A stretch of DNA of 64,000 nucleotides, taken from Clostridia bacterium. Its GTDB lineage: Bacteria > Bacillota > Clostridia > Christensenellales > CAG-138. The stretch covers positions 8 to 64,007 of the forward strand of contig JAFSEB010000071.1 of the NCBI GenBank assembly GCA_017435905.1, written 5' to 3'. A model generated the notes under the pieces. That model made no database searches, was not told the DNA's origin, and saw nothing but the letters and a program-made list of their open reading frames with translations. Shown here in pieces: positions 19,259-29,615 of this stretch (positions within the stretch are counted from its first letter, which is position 1; every line of letters begins with the position of its first letter). Position numbers and translations under genes: made by a program.

Positions 19259-20446
19259 TTATTTGTCGTTCAGAGCTGCCACGCCGGGAAGCACCTTGCC
19301 CTCAAGGAATTCAAGGCTTGCACCGCCGCCGGTGGAGATGTGGGTCATCTTCGCCGCATAGCCGAGCTTCTTCACGGCGCTGGCGCTGTCGCCGCCGCCG
19401 ATGATGGTGGTGCCGTCACACGCTGCGCAGGCTTCCGCCACAGCAGCGGTGCCCTTTGCAAAGGCGGGGAACTCGAACACGCCCATGGGGCCGTTCCAGA
19501 TGACGGTCTTTGCGGACTTGATGGCCTCCGCAAAGAGCGCACGGGTCTCCTCGCCGATATCAAGACCCTGCCAGTTTGCCGGGATCTCGGAGGACTTTAC
19601 GGTCTTATGGGCTGCATCCGCCGCAAAGGTCTCCGCCACGACGGTATCCACGGGAAGAAGCAGCTTCACGCCCCGTTCCTTTGCTTCCGCCATCAGTTCC
19701 TTTGCGAGATCGATGGATTCCGCATCAAGGAGGGAATCGCCGATCTCATAGCCCATGGCCTTGAAGAAGGTGTAGGCCATGCCGCCGCCCACGATGAGAG
19801 TATCGCACTTTTTGAGCAGGTTTTTGATCACGCCGATCTTATCCGCTACCTTTGCGCCGCCAAGGATGGCAACGAAGGGACGCTGCGGATTTTCAAGGGC
19901 TTCGCCCATGATGTCAAGTTCCTTGCCGATGAGGAAGCCGGAGACCGCAGGCAGGTAAGCCGCCACGCCGGCGGTGGAAGCATGGGCACGGTGCACGGTG
20001 CCGAAGGCATCGGAAACGTAAAGTTCCGCAAGGGAAGCAAGCTCCTTTGCAAAAGCGGGATCGTTCTTTTCCTCTTCCTTGTGGAAGCGAAGGTTCTCAA
20101 GAAGCAGGATCTCGCCATTCTTGAGGGCAGCTGCCTTTTCTTTGGCCTCTTCGCCGATGCAGTCGGAAGCAAAGGTGATCTTCACTTCCGGCAGCAGTGC
20201 CGCAAGGCGGTCCGCCACGGGCTTCATGGAGAATTCCGGTTTGCGCTCGCCCTTGGGGCGGCCGAGATGGGAGCAGAGAATGATGCGTGCGCCGTTCTCG
20301 ATGAGATATTTCACGGTGGGCATGGAAGCCACGATGCGCTTATCATCGCTGACTTCGCCTTTTTCATTGAGGGGCACGTTGTAGTCCACACGGACGAGAA
20401 CACGCTTGCCCTGAACGGCAACATCCGTTACTGTCTTTTTTGCCAT
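19259..20446 (-). CDS. pgk: Phosphoglycerate kinase
   Basis: [37 protein letters not shown]. Confidence 0.98.
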   Translation of the reverse strand: MAKKTVTDVAVQGKRVLVRVDYNVPLNEKGEVSDDKRIVASMPTVKYLIENGARIILCSHLGRPKGERKPEFSMKPVADRLAALLPEVKITFASDCIGEEAKEKAAALKNGEILLLENLRFHKEEEKNDPAFAKELASLAELYVSDAFGTVHRAHASTAGVAAYLPAVSGFLIGKELDIMGEALENPQRPFVAILGGAKVADKIGVIKNLLKKCDTLIVGGGMAYTFFKAMGYEIGDSLLDAESIDLAKELMAEAKERGVKLLLPVDTVVAETFAADAAHKTVKSSEIPANWQGLDIGEETRALFAEAIKSAKTVIWNGPMGVFEFPAFAKGTAAVAEACAACDGTTIIGGGDSASAVKKLGYAAKMTHISTGGGASLEFLEGKVLPGVAALNDK

Positions 20447-20598
20447 GTTGATCTATCCTCCTGAACATAAAAATGATAAACCTATTTTTACCGATACTAT
20501 TTTAACACATACAGCAGCTATTGCCAATTCAGGAAATCAAATAGCTTTGTCCCTTGTCATTGTGGACGGTTTGAAGAGGCTGTGGTATAATATCCTCT

Positions 20599-21384
20599 AT
20601 GAAAAAAGTGCTCATTGTTTTCCTGATCACAGCGTTTTTACTGCTCACCGCCTGCAAAGGGGATGAGCCTTCTTCCGTGCCTGCGGATATTACCGCATCC
20701 CCTGCACCGGAAGAAACGCCGGTATCCGGTACAGCGCTCTCTACAGAGACCGCCGCTCCCGCTTACGGCAAAAATGCCGCCGCTTCCGTTTCCGATACCG
20801 CCGCACTCTTTTTTGAGGGCGATGAGGGGCTGACCCTTTACGGCGCCGTTGCCTACGAAAACACCGGCGATTGCCCCATTGTGATCGACAGCGCCGTTTT
20901 CACCTTCACGGCGGAAGGCATTCCCATCGAGCACAGCTTCTCCCCTGCCTTTTCCGAATACACGGTGCTGCTGCCGGGCGAAACATCCTTCCTGACCGCA
21001 TGGCTCGTGCAGGATGAAGAAACGCCCTTCACCGCCGAAACGGAGGTCAGCATGGCAGCGACCCTGACCGCCCGCCGGGCAGAGACGGATATGCGCACGC
21101 TCCTTCTTCTTGACAACCTGTACCTTGCGGACAACTACCCTGCCTTTACCACCCTTTCGGGGCGCATCCGCACGGAGGGCGCAAGCTGCGGCATGAATGT
21201 GATCCACACCGGTTTTTATGACGAAGGCGGCAGCTTCCTCGGCTCCTGGTATTTCACGAAAAACACGCTGCTCGAAAGCGGCGAAGCCAAGGATTTTGTG
21301 GCACAGATGCACGGCTTCCCCATCAAAGGGCTTTCCGAAAAAGCACATGAGATCAAAGCCATCGGCTTTGGCTTTACGCTGTAA
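20599..21384 (+). CDS. Lipoprotein, FxLYD-like beta-sandwich domains
   Basis: Lipobox LTAC; ENTGD and GFYDEGGSFLG motifs. Confidence 0.7.
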   Translation: MKKVLIVFLITAFLLLTACKGDEPSSVPADITASPAPEETPVSGTALSTETAAPAYGKNAAASVSDTAALFFEGDEGLTLYGAVAYENTGDCPIVIDSAVFTFTAEGIPIEHSFSPAFSEYTVLLPGETSFLTAWLVQDEETPFTAETEVSMAATLTARRAETDMRTLLLLDNLYLADNYPAFTTLSGRIRTEGASCGMNVIHTGFYDEGGSFLGSWYFTKNTLLESGEAKDFVAQMHGFPIKGLSEKAHEIKAIGFGFTL

Positions 21385-21393
21385 GAAAAACAT

Positions 21394-21433
21394 AAAAGAC
21401 CGGATGCGGTTCAACCTGCATCCGGTCTTTTTT
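21394..21433. terminator. Bidirectional intrinsic terminator
   Basis: aaaagaccggatgc-ggttcaacct-gcatccggtcttttt. Confidence 0.85.
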
Positions 21434-21436
21434 CAT

Positions 21437-21627
21437 GCCGAAAACTGCCCGCGGCCCACCCTCGCAAAAGGATCGGCGATATGGTGGTACAAGTAACGAT
21501 AACAATGCACATGTTACTGTGCCGGGAATTAAAATGCAGTAAACGTGTCCCCACACGTAGTCATGCCCTGCGTCATTCTCACGCAGCAGAGATCTCGCCC
21601 GCCTCCTTCGGCTACACGCTTCTCGGC
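21437..21627 (-). ncRNA. Candidate structured RNA in the 3' region of the DIP1984-family gene
   Basis: Ends pair (GCCGAGAA/UUUUCGGC), further nested long-range helices and three internal hairpins; fills the space between stop codon and terminator. Confidence 0.6.
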
Positions 21628-21628
21628 T

Positions 21629-22081
21629 TTACAGCAGTTCCGTTGTCCAGTTTGTCTCCTGAATAAGGGCATCAAGCTCCCGAAGCTCCTTGGAAAGGGC
21701 ATCGATCTGCTTCTGAAGCTGCCTAACATCCACGGTGCTTTTGATCTTGATCTCGCCCACGGTACGGCGGCTCACAAGGGCGCTGGCCTCATCGGAAAAC
21801 TGCCGCAGAATGCCGTTTTTGCCGGCAAGGCAATCCCTGCGTGCAAGCAGAGCGGTCAGGCTTTCACCCTTTACCACAGTCTCGCTGTTGGTGCGGTTGA
21901 TGCGGCCGATGAGCAATTCAAGCGCCGCATAGGCATCATCGAGCTCTTTGAGAAGAAAAGCGGGATCTTCCGCCGGGGTCTCCCCTTCCTGCACCTGTGC
22001 GTTGTTCATCAGGCGGTTTCCAAGCTGGCGGATCTTCGTTTGGAGCTCTGCACGCTCCATGAGTGCGTTTGCAAGTTTCAT
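21629..22081 (-). CDS. DIP1984-family protein (helical, function unknown)
   Basis: MKLANALMERAELQ, NAQVQEGETPAEDP, RINRTN, IQETNWTTEL signature; AAAGGAG RBS. Confidence 0.88.
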   Translation of the reverse strand: MKLANALMERAELQTKIRQLGNRLMNNAQVQEGETPAEDPAFLLKELDDAYAALELLIGRINRTNSETVVKGESLTALLARRDCLAGKNGILRQFSDEASALVSRRTVGEIKIKSTVDVRQLQKQIDALSKELRELDALIQETNWTTELL

Positions 22082-22099
22082 GGCGTATTCTCCTTTTCC

Positions 22100-23338
22100 T
22101 TAATTGATCTTGCGGAGCAGGTCGCCTTCCTTCACCGGCTCGCTGCAGCCGATGTAAAGGATCTGCTTCGGGTGCGGCGCAGCCTGCTGCATCTCCCCTG
22201 CCTCATTGCGGATGCCGCTGACAGCAAAGCTTCTGCCCACATCGGAGGGTGACAGGATGGAAAGCGTTTCCCCATCCTGAAAGCGGTTGCGCTGGGCAAT
22301 GTGTGCGGTTTTGGTCGCTTCATCGTACCCGAGCACCACGGCGCTGATGCGTGCATCGGAAACATAGTCGGCGCTTTTGGGCGCCTGCATATCCTTGCCG
22401 TCGCTGCCAAAGGCAAAGCCCGTGGTGTAGGGGCGGTGGCTTGCGTAGTCAAGCTCCTTCACGATATGCGGCGGCACGGGGGCGGCAGGATCCTTTGCAT
22501 AAAGATCGAGCGCCATGCGGTAGGCATTCACCACCGTTGCTACATAGGCGATGGACTTCATGCGGCCTTCGATCTTCAGGCTGCATGCGCCCGATGCAAT
22601 GACCTCCGGCAGGTGCTCGATGAGGTTCATATCCCTTGCATTGAGGATATAGGTGCCAAGTTCATCCTGCTCGATGCCGAAATATTCGCCGTCACGGCCA
22701 CGCTCACGGAGCTCATAAGTCCAGCGGCAGGGCTGCGCACATTCGCCCCGGTTGGAATCGCGGCCGGCGATGTAGTTGCTCAAAAGGCAGCGGCCGGAAT
22801 AGGAAACGCACATGGCACCGTGAATAAACAGCTCGATCTCAAGGCTTTCGGGCAGCGCTTCACGCATTGCCTTTACCGATGCAAGGGGCAGTTCCCTTGC
22901 AAGCACGATGCGCTTGATGCCGGCTTCATGCCAGAAAAGCGCAGCCTCGCTGTTGAGGGTATTTGCCTGCGTGCTCAGGTGCAGCGGAATCTCCGGCACC
23001 GTATCCCTTGCCACACGGATAACGCCCGGATCGTTCACGATGAGCGCATCGGGGCCTGCGGCACGAAGTTCCCTTAAAAGCTGCGGCAGGGCCTTGATGT
23101 CGTTATCCCGTGCAAAGGCGTTGCAGGCAACATAGACCTTCTTGCCCCGTTCATGGGCATATTCGCAGGCTGCTTTCAAGGAATCTGCGGTAAAGTTATC
23201 CGCATAGTTGCGAAGGCTCATGGTCTCCGCACCGAGATAGACCGCATCCGCACCGAAGCGAAAGGCGGTCACAAGGCGTTCCATATTGCCTGCCGGCGCA
23301 AGAAGCTCCGGCAGGCCGTTTTTCATTTCGTTCATCAT
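22100..23338 (-). CDS. U32 family protein (TrhP-like tRNA hydroxylation)
   Basis: PELLAPAG, HLSTQAN, HGAMCVSYSGRC, NRGECAQPCRW, LKIEGRMK; ATG overlaps the mltG stop (exact start uncertain). Confidence 0.92.
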   Translation of the reverse strand: MMNEMKNGLPELLAPAGNMERLVTAFRFGADAVYLGAETMSLRNYADNFTADSLKAACEYAHERGKKVYVACNAFARDNDIKALPQLLRELRAAGPDALIVNDPGVIRVARDTVPEIPLHLSTQANTLNSEAALFWHEAGIKRIVLARELPLASVKAMREALPESLEIELFIHGAMCVSYSGRCLLSNYIAGRDSNRGECAQPCRWTYELRERGRDGEYFGIEQDELGTYILNARDMNLIEHLPEVIASGACSLKIEGRMKSIAYVATVVNAYRMALDLYAKDPAAPVPPHIVKELDYASHRPYTTGFAFGSDGKDMQAPKSADYVSDARISAVVLGYDEATKTAHIAQRNRFQDGETLSILSPSDVGRSFAVSGIRNEAGEMQQAAPHPKQILYIGCSEPVKEGDLLRKIN

Positions 23339-24507
23339 TGTGCTGCATCCCATAGATCTTTATAAAGTGCTACGTTTTCGTTGTGTTCCTCAAGGGTCTT
23401 TGCATAGGCGTTCTCGCCGGTAGCGGGATCCTTCAGACAGAAGTAGAGATAGCCTTCTTCCAAGAACTCCTCGCTCGGATAAAGCGCCGCCTTGATCGCC
23501 CTTTCACCCGGATTGCAGATGGGGCCGAGGGGCAGCCCTTCATACACATGCGTGTTGTAAAGGGAGGGATCCTGCATTTCCGCTTCGGTATAGGTGAGCT
23601 TGTCCGTGGTATCAAGGATGTACTTGAGGGGCGCATCGGACTGCAGGCGCATCCCTTCCTTCAGGCGGTTATGGAATACTGCGGATACCTTTTCAAAGTC
23701 ACCTGCCGCCTTCGCTTCCTTCTCGATGAGGGATGCAAGGGTGACGACCTCATCGAGGGTCATACCAAGTTCCTGTGCCCTTGCGGTATACGCATCGGAA
23801 AAGACGTTGCGGAAGCGCACAAGAAGGCGTGTGATGATGGACTGGGCGGACTCATCGGTATAGATCTCGTAGGTATCCGGGAAAAGATAACCTTCAAGAA
23901 GATAATCCCTTGCCTGCTTCGGGTTTTGTTCGATGGCATTGAGGAAGGAATAATCAAAAGCGCTGCCATCCCTGCAGAGGGAAAGGAACTGTTCTTCGTT
24001 TTCAAGCACGCCGAGAGAAACGAGTTTTTCCGCAATGCCTTCCACCGTGATACCCTCTGCGGTGGTGAAGCGCATGGTGGTACGGGGCGGATTGCCCTCG
24101 CAGATGATGTCAAGGATCTGCCCGACGCTCATGTTGCGGGAAAGCACATACGTACCGGCCTTCAGCTTGCTGGTTTTGCCGGTGAAGTCAGCATAGATCT
24201 TAAAGACGGTCTTGCTGGCGATAAGACCCGGCAGCTGTTCCCCGTTTTCATCCGTTCCGCCGGCCTTGTGAAGGATGCCGGCGATGGCGGATGCACCGGA
24301 GTTGGATTTGATGGTCACGGTGATGGGTGTGGCATCGTTGGGATCCACCGGCGCAAAGAGCTTTTCATAGGCGATCTTTGCTCCCCCCACAAGGATGAGC
24401 GCACAAAGCCCCACGCTCAGAAGCGCCACCACCAGCGGACGCATCACCTGCCATGCACGCCTGAAGTCCGGGTTTTCCCGGTTATTGCCGCCGTTTCGGT
24501 ATTCCAT
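23335..24507 (-). CDS. mltG: Endolytic transglycosylase MltG
   Basis: N-terminal TM; LEGYLFPDTY, LASLIEKE, FHNRL..GMRLQSD, YNT...GLPLGPICNPG. Confidence 0.94.
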   Translation of the reverse strand: MEYRNGGNNRENPDFRRAWQVMRPLVVALLSVGLCALILVGGAKIAYEKLFAPVDPNDATPITVTIKSNSGASAIAGILHKAGGTDENGEQLPGLIASKTVFKIYADFTGKTSKLKAGTYVLSRNMSVGQILDIICEGNPPRTTMRFTTAEGITVEGIAEKLVSLGVLENEEQFLSLCRDGSAFDYSFLNAIEQNPKQARDYLLEGYLFPDTYEIYTDESAQSIITRLLVRFRNVFSDAYTARAQELGMTLDEVVTLASLIEKEAKAAGDFEKVSAVFHNRLKEGMRLQSDAPLKYILDTTDKLTYTEAEMQDPSLYNTHVYEGLPLGPICNPGERAIKAALYPSEEFLEEGYLYFCLKDPATGENAYAKTLEEHNENVALYKDLWDAAQ

Positions 24508-24508
24508 A

Positions 24509-24853
24509 TCAGCCTTCCAGCATGCTGAGGTCTACGTCAATGGCCTCCGCAAGGATCTTATACACATCGCCGAGCATCACGTTCAGGCGGTATTCCGCCA
24601 TGAGAAATTCGGATGCATCCCGGTTCATCTGCAGCACTTCGCCTACCTTCTGCAGGCGTTCCATGATGGCATCATCCTTCTTGCCCTGTACCATGGCAGC
24701 CTGTGCCTGCATCTGCAGCTGGTGATATTCCTTCACAAGAGCTTTGGTGGTGTCGTTCACAAGGGCCTTTTCACGGGTCTCCCTGTATGCCTTATACTCC
24801 CTGCTGTCCGCAAGAAGACGGGAAAGCTCCCGTGCTTTGTCATAAACCTGCAT
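24509..24853 (-). CDS. YlbF/YmcA family regulator
   Basis: 114 aa; VYDKARELSRLL..SREY pattern; rnj neighbourhood. Confidence 0.8.
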   Translation of the reverse strand: MQVYDKARELSRLLADSREYKAYRETREKALVNDTTKALVKEYHQLQMQAQAAMVQGKKDDAIMERLQKVGEVLQMNRDASEFLMAEYRLNVMLGDVYKILAEAIDVDLSMLEG

Positions 24854-24872
24854 GCTGTTTCCTCCTTGTTTT

Positions 24873-26540
24873 TCAGTCGATCTCGATGATGATAGGAACG
24901 ATCATCGGGGTGCGTTTGGTTTTGTTGTAAAGGTAGTTCTTCAGGGAAGAACGGATGTTGTTCTTGATGGAAGACCATTCGCTACGGTGGGCGCTCTCGA
25001 ATTTGGATGCAAGATCCGTTACGAGGTCACGGGCTTCCTGTACGAGCTCCTCGGAGTTTTTCAGGTACACAAAGCCCCGGGAAATGATCTCCGCCGGTGC
25101 CACAAGGGCGCCTGTCTTTTTCCGAAGCAGGATGACGGCGGTAAAAAGACCTTCCTCCGCAAGCAGCTTCCTGTCGCGGAGCACCGCATCGCCGATATCG
25201 CCCACGCTGTTGCCGTCGATCATCAGGCTGCCTGCCTGCACGGAACCGTTGACACGGATGCTGTTTTTGTTGAGCTCGATCACATTGCCGATCTCGGATA
25301 CGATGATGTTGTCGCCAGGAACGCCCATCTCCTCCGCAAGCTCCGCATGCTGGTAAAGGTGCCTTGCCTCGCCGTGAACGGGGATGAAGAATTTGGGCTT
25401 TGTGAGCGTGAACATGAGGCGAAGCTCCTCACGCCTTGCGTGACCGGAAACGTGCACATCCGCCATGGGATCGTAAACCACCTTTGCGCCCTTCTGGTAG
25501 AGCTGGTTGATGACCCTTGAAACGGCGATCTCGTTGCCGGGAATGGAGGAAGCGGAAATGATGACCGTATCCCCCTTGCCGATGTTCAGGCGGTGGGATG
25601 CGTTTGCCATGCGGAACAAACCGCTCATGGGCTCGCCCTGGCTGCCGGTGGTGATGACGCACACCTTCTCGTCATCGATGCGGCGCAGCTTTTCCACCTC
25701 TACGATCTTCTCTTCCGGAATGCTGAGATACCCAAGCTCTCCCGCTACCTTGGCGATGTTCACCATGCTCCTTCCCTGGAAGCAGATGACACGCCCATGG
25801 GCGATGGCCACATCGGCGATCTGCTGGATGCGGTAAATATTGGATGCAAAGGTCGCCACGATGACACGCCCCTTTGCGATCTCAAAATAATGCTCGAAGG
25901 TCTTGCCGATCTCCCGTTCCGATTGGGTATGGCCCGCAAGTTCCGCATTGGTGGAATCGCTCATAAGCGCAAGCACGCCCTTTGCGCCGTAATGGGCAAA
26001 GCGGGCCACATCGATGGGCTCGCCGTCAAGGGGCGTATAATCCACCTTGAAATCGCCGGTATGGATCAGCGTGCCCACAGGGGTGGTGACGGCAAGTGCC
26101 ACGGCGCCGGCGATGGAATGGCTCGTTTTGATGAATTCCACCGTGAAGCAGCCAAGCTGGATTTTATCGCCGGGGGCGATGCAGCGAAGGTCTGCGTTTT
26201 TGATCTTTGCCTCGCTGAGCTTGTGCTCGATCAGTGCGGTGGTGAGCCTTGTGCCAAAGACGGGCACATTGAAGTTTTTGAGCGCATAGGGGAGCGCACC
26301 GATGTGGTCTTCATGCCCGTGGGTGATGAGAAAGCCGCGAAGCTTTTCCGCATTTTTTTCAAGATAGGACATATCCGGGATCACAAGGTCGATGCCGGGC
26401 ATATCATCATCCGGGAAGATGAGGCCGCAGTCCACGACCACGATATCCTTCCCGTATTCGATCACAGTCATATTTTTGCCGATCTCACCCACGCCGCCAA
26501 GGGGGATGATCTTCAGCTTTGCTTTGGATCTTGATGCCAA
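24873..26540 (-). CDS. rnj: Ribonuclease J
   Basis: PLGGVGEIGKN, THGHEDHIG, HTGDFK, TGSQGEP, HVSGH, PVHGE. Confidence 0.97.
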   Translation of the reverse strand: MASRSKAKLKIIPLGGVGEIGKNMTVIEYGKDIVVVDCGLIFPDDDMPGIDLVIPDMSYLEKNAEKLRGFLITHGHEDHIGALPYALKNFNVPVFGTRLTTALIEHKLSEAKIKNADLRCIAPGDKIQLGCFTVEFIKTSHSIAGAVALAVTTPVGTLIHTGDFKVDYTPLDGEPIDVARFAHYGAKGVLALMSDSTNAELAGHTQSEREIGKTFEHYFEIAKGRVIVATFASNIYRIQQIADVAIAHGRVICFQGRSMVNIAKVAGELGYLSIPEEKIVEVEKLRRIDDEKVCVITTGSQGEPMSGLFRMANASHRLNIGKGDTVIISASSIPGNEIAVSRVINQLYQKGAKVVYDPMADVHVSGHARREELRLMFTLTKPKFFIPVHGEARHLYQHAELAEEMGVPGDNIIVSEIGNVIELNKNSIRVNGSVQAGSLMIDGNSVGDIGDAVLRDRKLLAEEGLFTAVILLRKKTGALVAPAEIISRGFVYLKNSEELVQEARDLVTDLASKFESAHRSEWSSIKNNIRSSLKNYLYNKTKRTPMIVPIIIEID

Positions 26541-26729
26541 ATGATTACCTCTCTTTCTGTTGCTGTTTTATACAAGGGCACGGATGCCCATAATTTCTCA
26601 ATAATAGTATACTCTTTTTTCTTCTATCTAACAAGCCGGGGTATTTGTGAACAATCGGCAAAGAAAAAGATATTCGCTTCAGCATGTTGCCCATTTGCAA
26701 AAGTTGTAGTATACTTCAAATGAGGTACT

Positions 26730-28325
26730 ATGACAATGGAAAAACGATCTTCTACCCCCGGCATGCGCACCGGCTCTGCCCGTGAAAGCCGTGCCAAGCA
26801 GGCCTACAAGCGGTTAAAGCGCCTTGTTGGCCTTGTCAGACTGGCCGTGATCGGCCTTGCCCTGCTTTTTACGGTGCTGCTCATCGTGCACCTTTTTGTG
26901 GAAAAACCCGGCGAAGCCAAGCTTGCCGCCATCAGCGAAAGCAGTACGTTCCTTCCCGGCATCACGGTCAACGGCATCGATGTTGCCGGCATGACCCGCA
27001 GCGAAGCCGCCCGAAAGATCGGCGCTGTGCTGCAGGACGATGTTTCCTCCATCAACATCACCGTCCGCCACGGCAGTTCCCTTTGGGTGCTGACCGCTGC
27101 GGATATGGCACCGAAAACCAACCTTGATAAGATCCTTGATGAAGCGATCCTTCTTGGCCGTACCGGTACCGTACTTGAAAACAACCGTGCTGCGAAAGAG
27201 ATCGCCGAATCCGGCCGTGCCTTTACGGCTGCCCTTGTGCCGGATCACGATACCCTGCTTGCCCGCCTTGCACTGATCGGTGCGGCGGTGGATACCGCAC
27301 CTGTAGAACCCTATGCGGAAGCAGACCCCACCGCAAGCGTTCCCACCTTCATCTATGTGGAAGGCAAAGACGGCTACGTTCTCAATCAGGAAGCGCTGTT
27401 TTCCGAGATCCTTGCGCTGATGGAGCAGCGCCAGTATACGGCGACCCTTACCCCGGAGCTTGAATACGCCTCCCCCGCCACTACGGTGGAAGCCCTCAAG
27501 CTTGCAACACAATACCGCTCCGAGTTCCAAACGAGCTTCGGCGGCAGCCGTGCTGCCCGCAATGAAAAGCGTGTGGGCAATATTCAGCGTGCCGTGACCA
27601 TGCTCAACGGCTGCAAGGTGGAGCAGGGCGAGCTTTTCCACTTCAACGCCTATATTGGTCCCCGTACGGAAAGGGGCGGCTGGCCTCTTGCCCCGGGCAT
27701 CGTCAGCGGCGAACGCTATGAGGATCAGGCCGGCGGCGGCATCTGTCAGGTCTCCACGACCCTTTACAATGCCCTGCTTTGCTCCGGTGCATCCATGCAG
27801 CGGGGCAGCACCCTTGAAGAGATCATGTCCGCAAGCATCGAGGGCATCTCCATCACGGAGCGCAAGCACCATTCCTGGCCCTCCAGCTATGTGGACAAGG
27901 GTCTTGATTCCACCGTAACGGGCACCGTTGAAAGCGGCAAGAGCCTTAACTTCGTCAACAATACCGGCGCACCTGTGTACATTTTCGCTTACTGCGATCA
28001 GGATAACTACACCGTTACAGTTTATATTTACGGCGCACCGCTTCCGGAAGGTACCACCTATAAGGTGCGCGGTGAAGTAAACGAAGAGTTGGAGCCCGGA
28101 GAGACTATCATAGCCGAAGATCCCACATGGCCCCTCGGTTATGAAGAGGAGACCGTCTCCGCCCGTACCGGCTATAAGGTGACCGCTTACCGTGACATTT
28201 ACATCAACGGTAATCTTGATTCCACCGAGGTGCTTTACGAAGAAACCTACAACGCCGTTACCGGAAAAAAGACCGTTGGCACAGGCGATCCCACGCTGCC
28301 CGTTCCCGGCGCTTCCGAAAATTAA
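26730..28325 (+). CDS. VanW family membrane-anchored protein with G5-like C-terminus
   Basis: TM anchor; GGGICQVSTTLYNA, ERKHHSWP..YV..GLD motifs. Confidence 0.88.
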   Translation: MTMEKRSSTPGMRTGSARESRAKQAYKRLKRLVGLVRLAVIGLALLFTVLLIVHLFVEKPGEAKLAAISESSTFLPGITVNGIDVAGMTRSEAARKIGAVLQDDVSSINITVRHGSSLWVLTAADMAPKTNLDKILDEAILLGRTGTVLENNRAAKEIAESGRAFTAALVPDHDTLLARLALIGAAVDTAPVEPYAEADPTASVPTFIYVEGKDGYVLNQEALFSEILALMEQRQYTATLTPELEYASPATTVEALKLATQYRSEFQTSFGGSRAARNEKRVGNIQRAVTMLNGCKVEQGELFHFNAYIGPRTERGGWPLAPGIVSGERYEDQAGGGICQVSTTLYNALLCSGASMQRGSTLEEIMSASIEGISITERKHHSWPSSYVDKGLDSTVTGTVESGKSLNFVNNTGAPVYIFAYCDQDNYTVTVYIYGAPLPEGTTYKVRGEVNEELEPGETIIAEDPTWPLGYEEETVSARTGYKVTAYRDIYINGNLDSTEVLYEETYNAVTGKKTVGTGDPTLPVPGASEN

Positions 28326-28375
28326 CAGTTTACATTTGGGAGTATCCCCAACCAACAATATTCAGGAGGTTTTCC

Positions 28376-29572
28376 ATGAAGTTCTCCAGCAAAGTGCAGA
28401 AGTGCAACCTTTCTCCCATCCGCAAGTTCTACCCCTACCAGGTAGAGTGCAAGAAGTAGGGCATCAAGATCTACCCCCTCAACATCGGTCAGCCCGACAT
28501 CGAGACCCCTTCCGCTTACTTTGATGCCATCAAGAATTTTGAGCAGCCCGTTCTTGCGTATGCTCCCTCCCCCGGTATCCCGGAGATGATCGAAGCCGTC
28601 AAGAAGTACTACGCCAACCTCAACATCAACTTCGAGACCAACGACATCATGATCACCACCGGCGGCAGCGAGGCCCTCACCATGGTCCTCAACTGCATCC
28701 TTGACGATGGCGACGAGATCATCATCCCCGAACCCTTCTACCCCAACTACAACACCTTCGTGCGCCTGACCGGCGGCGTGATCCGTCCCCTGACCACCAG
28801 CGCAGAAGAAGGCTACAATTTCGCAAACCGTGAAAAGATCGAGGCCCTCATCAACGAGAAGACCCGTGCGATCATGTTCACCAACCCCGGCAACCCCACC
28901 GGTATCGTTCTCAAGCCCGAAGAAATGCGCCTCATCGCAGACATTGCGAAGGAGCATAACCTCTTCCTCATCGGCGACGAAGTGTACCGTGAGTTCGTAT
29001 ACGGCGGCGAGCCCCTCCAGAGCATCGCACAGTTCGATGACCTCCACGAGAACGCCATCGTCATCGACTCCGTTTCCAAGCGTTTCAGCGCCTGCGGCGC
29101 CCGTATCGGCACCGTGATCACCCGCAACAAGGAACTGCAGCAGCAGCTCATGAAGATCGCCCAGGCCAGGCTTTCCGTTGCGACCCTCGACCAGATCGCT
29201 TCCACCGCTCTCTACAACGTGGATCCCAGCTACTTCGATGCCGTTCGCGCTGAGTACAAGCTCCGCCGTGACACCATCTATGCCAAGCTGCAGGAGATCC
29301 CCGGCGTTGTCTGCAAGGAGCCCAAGGGTGCCTTCTATGTCATGGCCAAGCTCCCCGTTGACGATACCGATGCCTTCCAGACCTGGCTGCTCACCGAGTT
29401 CCAGGACAACGGCGAAACCGTGATGTTCGCACCCGGCGCCGGCTTCTATGCCACCCCCGGCTGCGGCAAGAACGAAGTCCGTCTTGCTTACATCCTCAAC
29501 AAGGCCGACATCGAGCGTGCAATGGATCTTCTTGCCATGGGTATCAAGAAGTACAACGAGCTCAAGAAATAA
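28376..29572 (+). pseudogene. PLP-dependent class I/II aminotransferase interrupted by in-frame TAG at codon 28
   Basis: AGGAGG RBS and ATG 28376 give MKFSSKVQKCNLSPIRKFYPYQVECKK*GIKIYPLNIGQPD, in frame with ORF 28586-29572 (NPGNPTG, DEVY, SVSKRFSACGARIG). Confidence 0.8.
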
Positions 29573-29584
29573 GCTTTACCGCAC

Positions 29585-29615
29585 AAAAGCAGGCTGCAGC
29601 GCAGCCTGCTTTTTT
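29585..29615. terminator. Bidirectional terminator
   Basis: aaaagcaggctgc-agc-gcagcctgctttttt between convergent genes. Confidence 0.85.

Noticed and set aside
28457-28459. Genome-wide TAG reassignment
   Set aside because: TAG ends the GNAT (190), rnr (14207) and the TIGR04086-like gene (51919) at expected lengths; only one internal TAG was seen.
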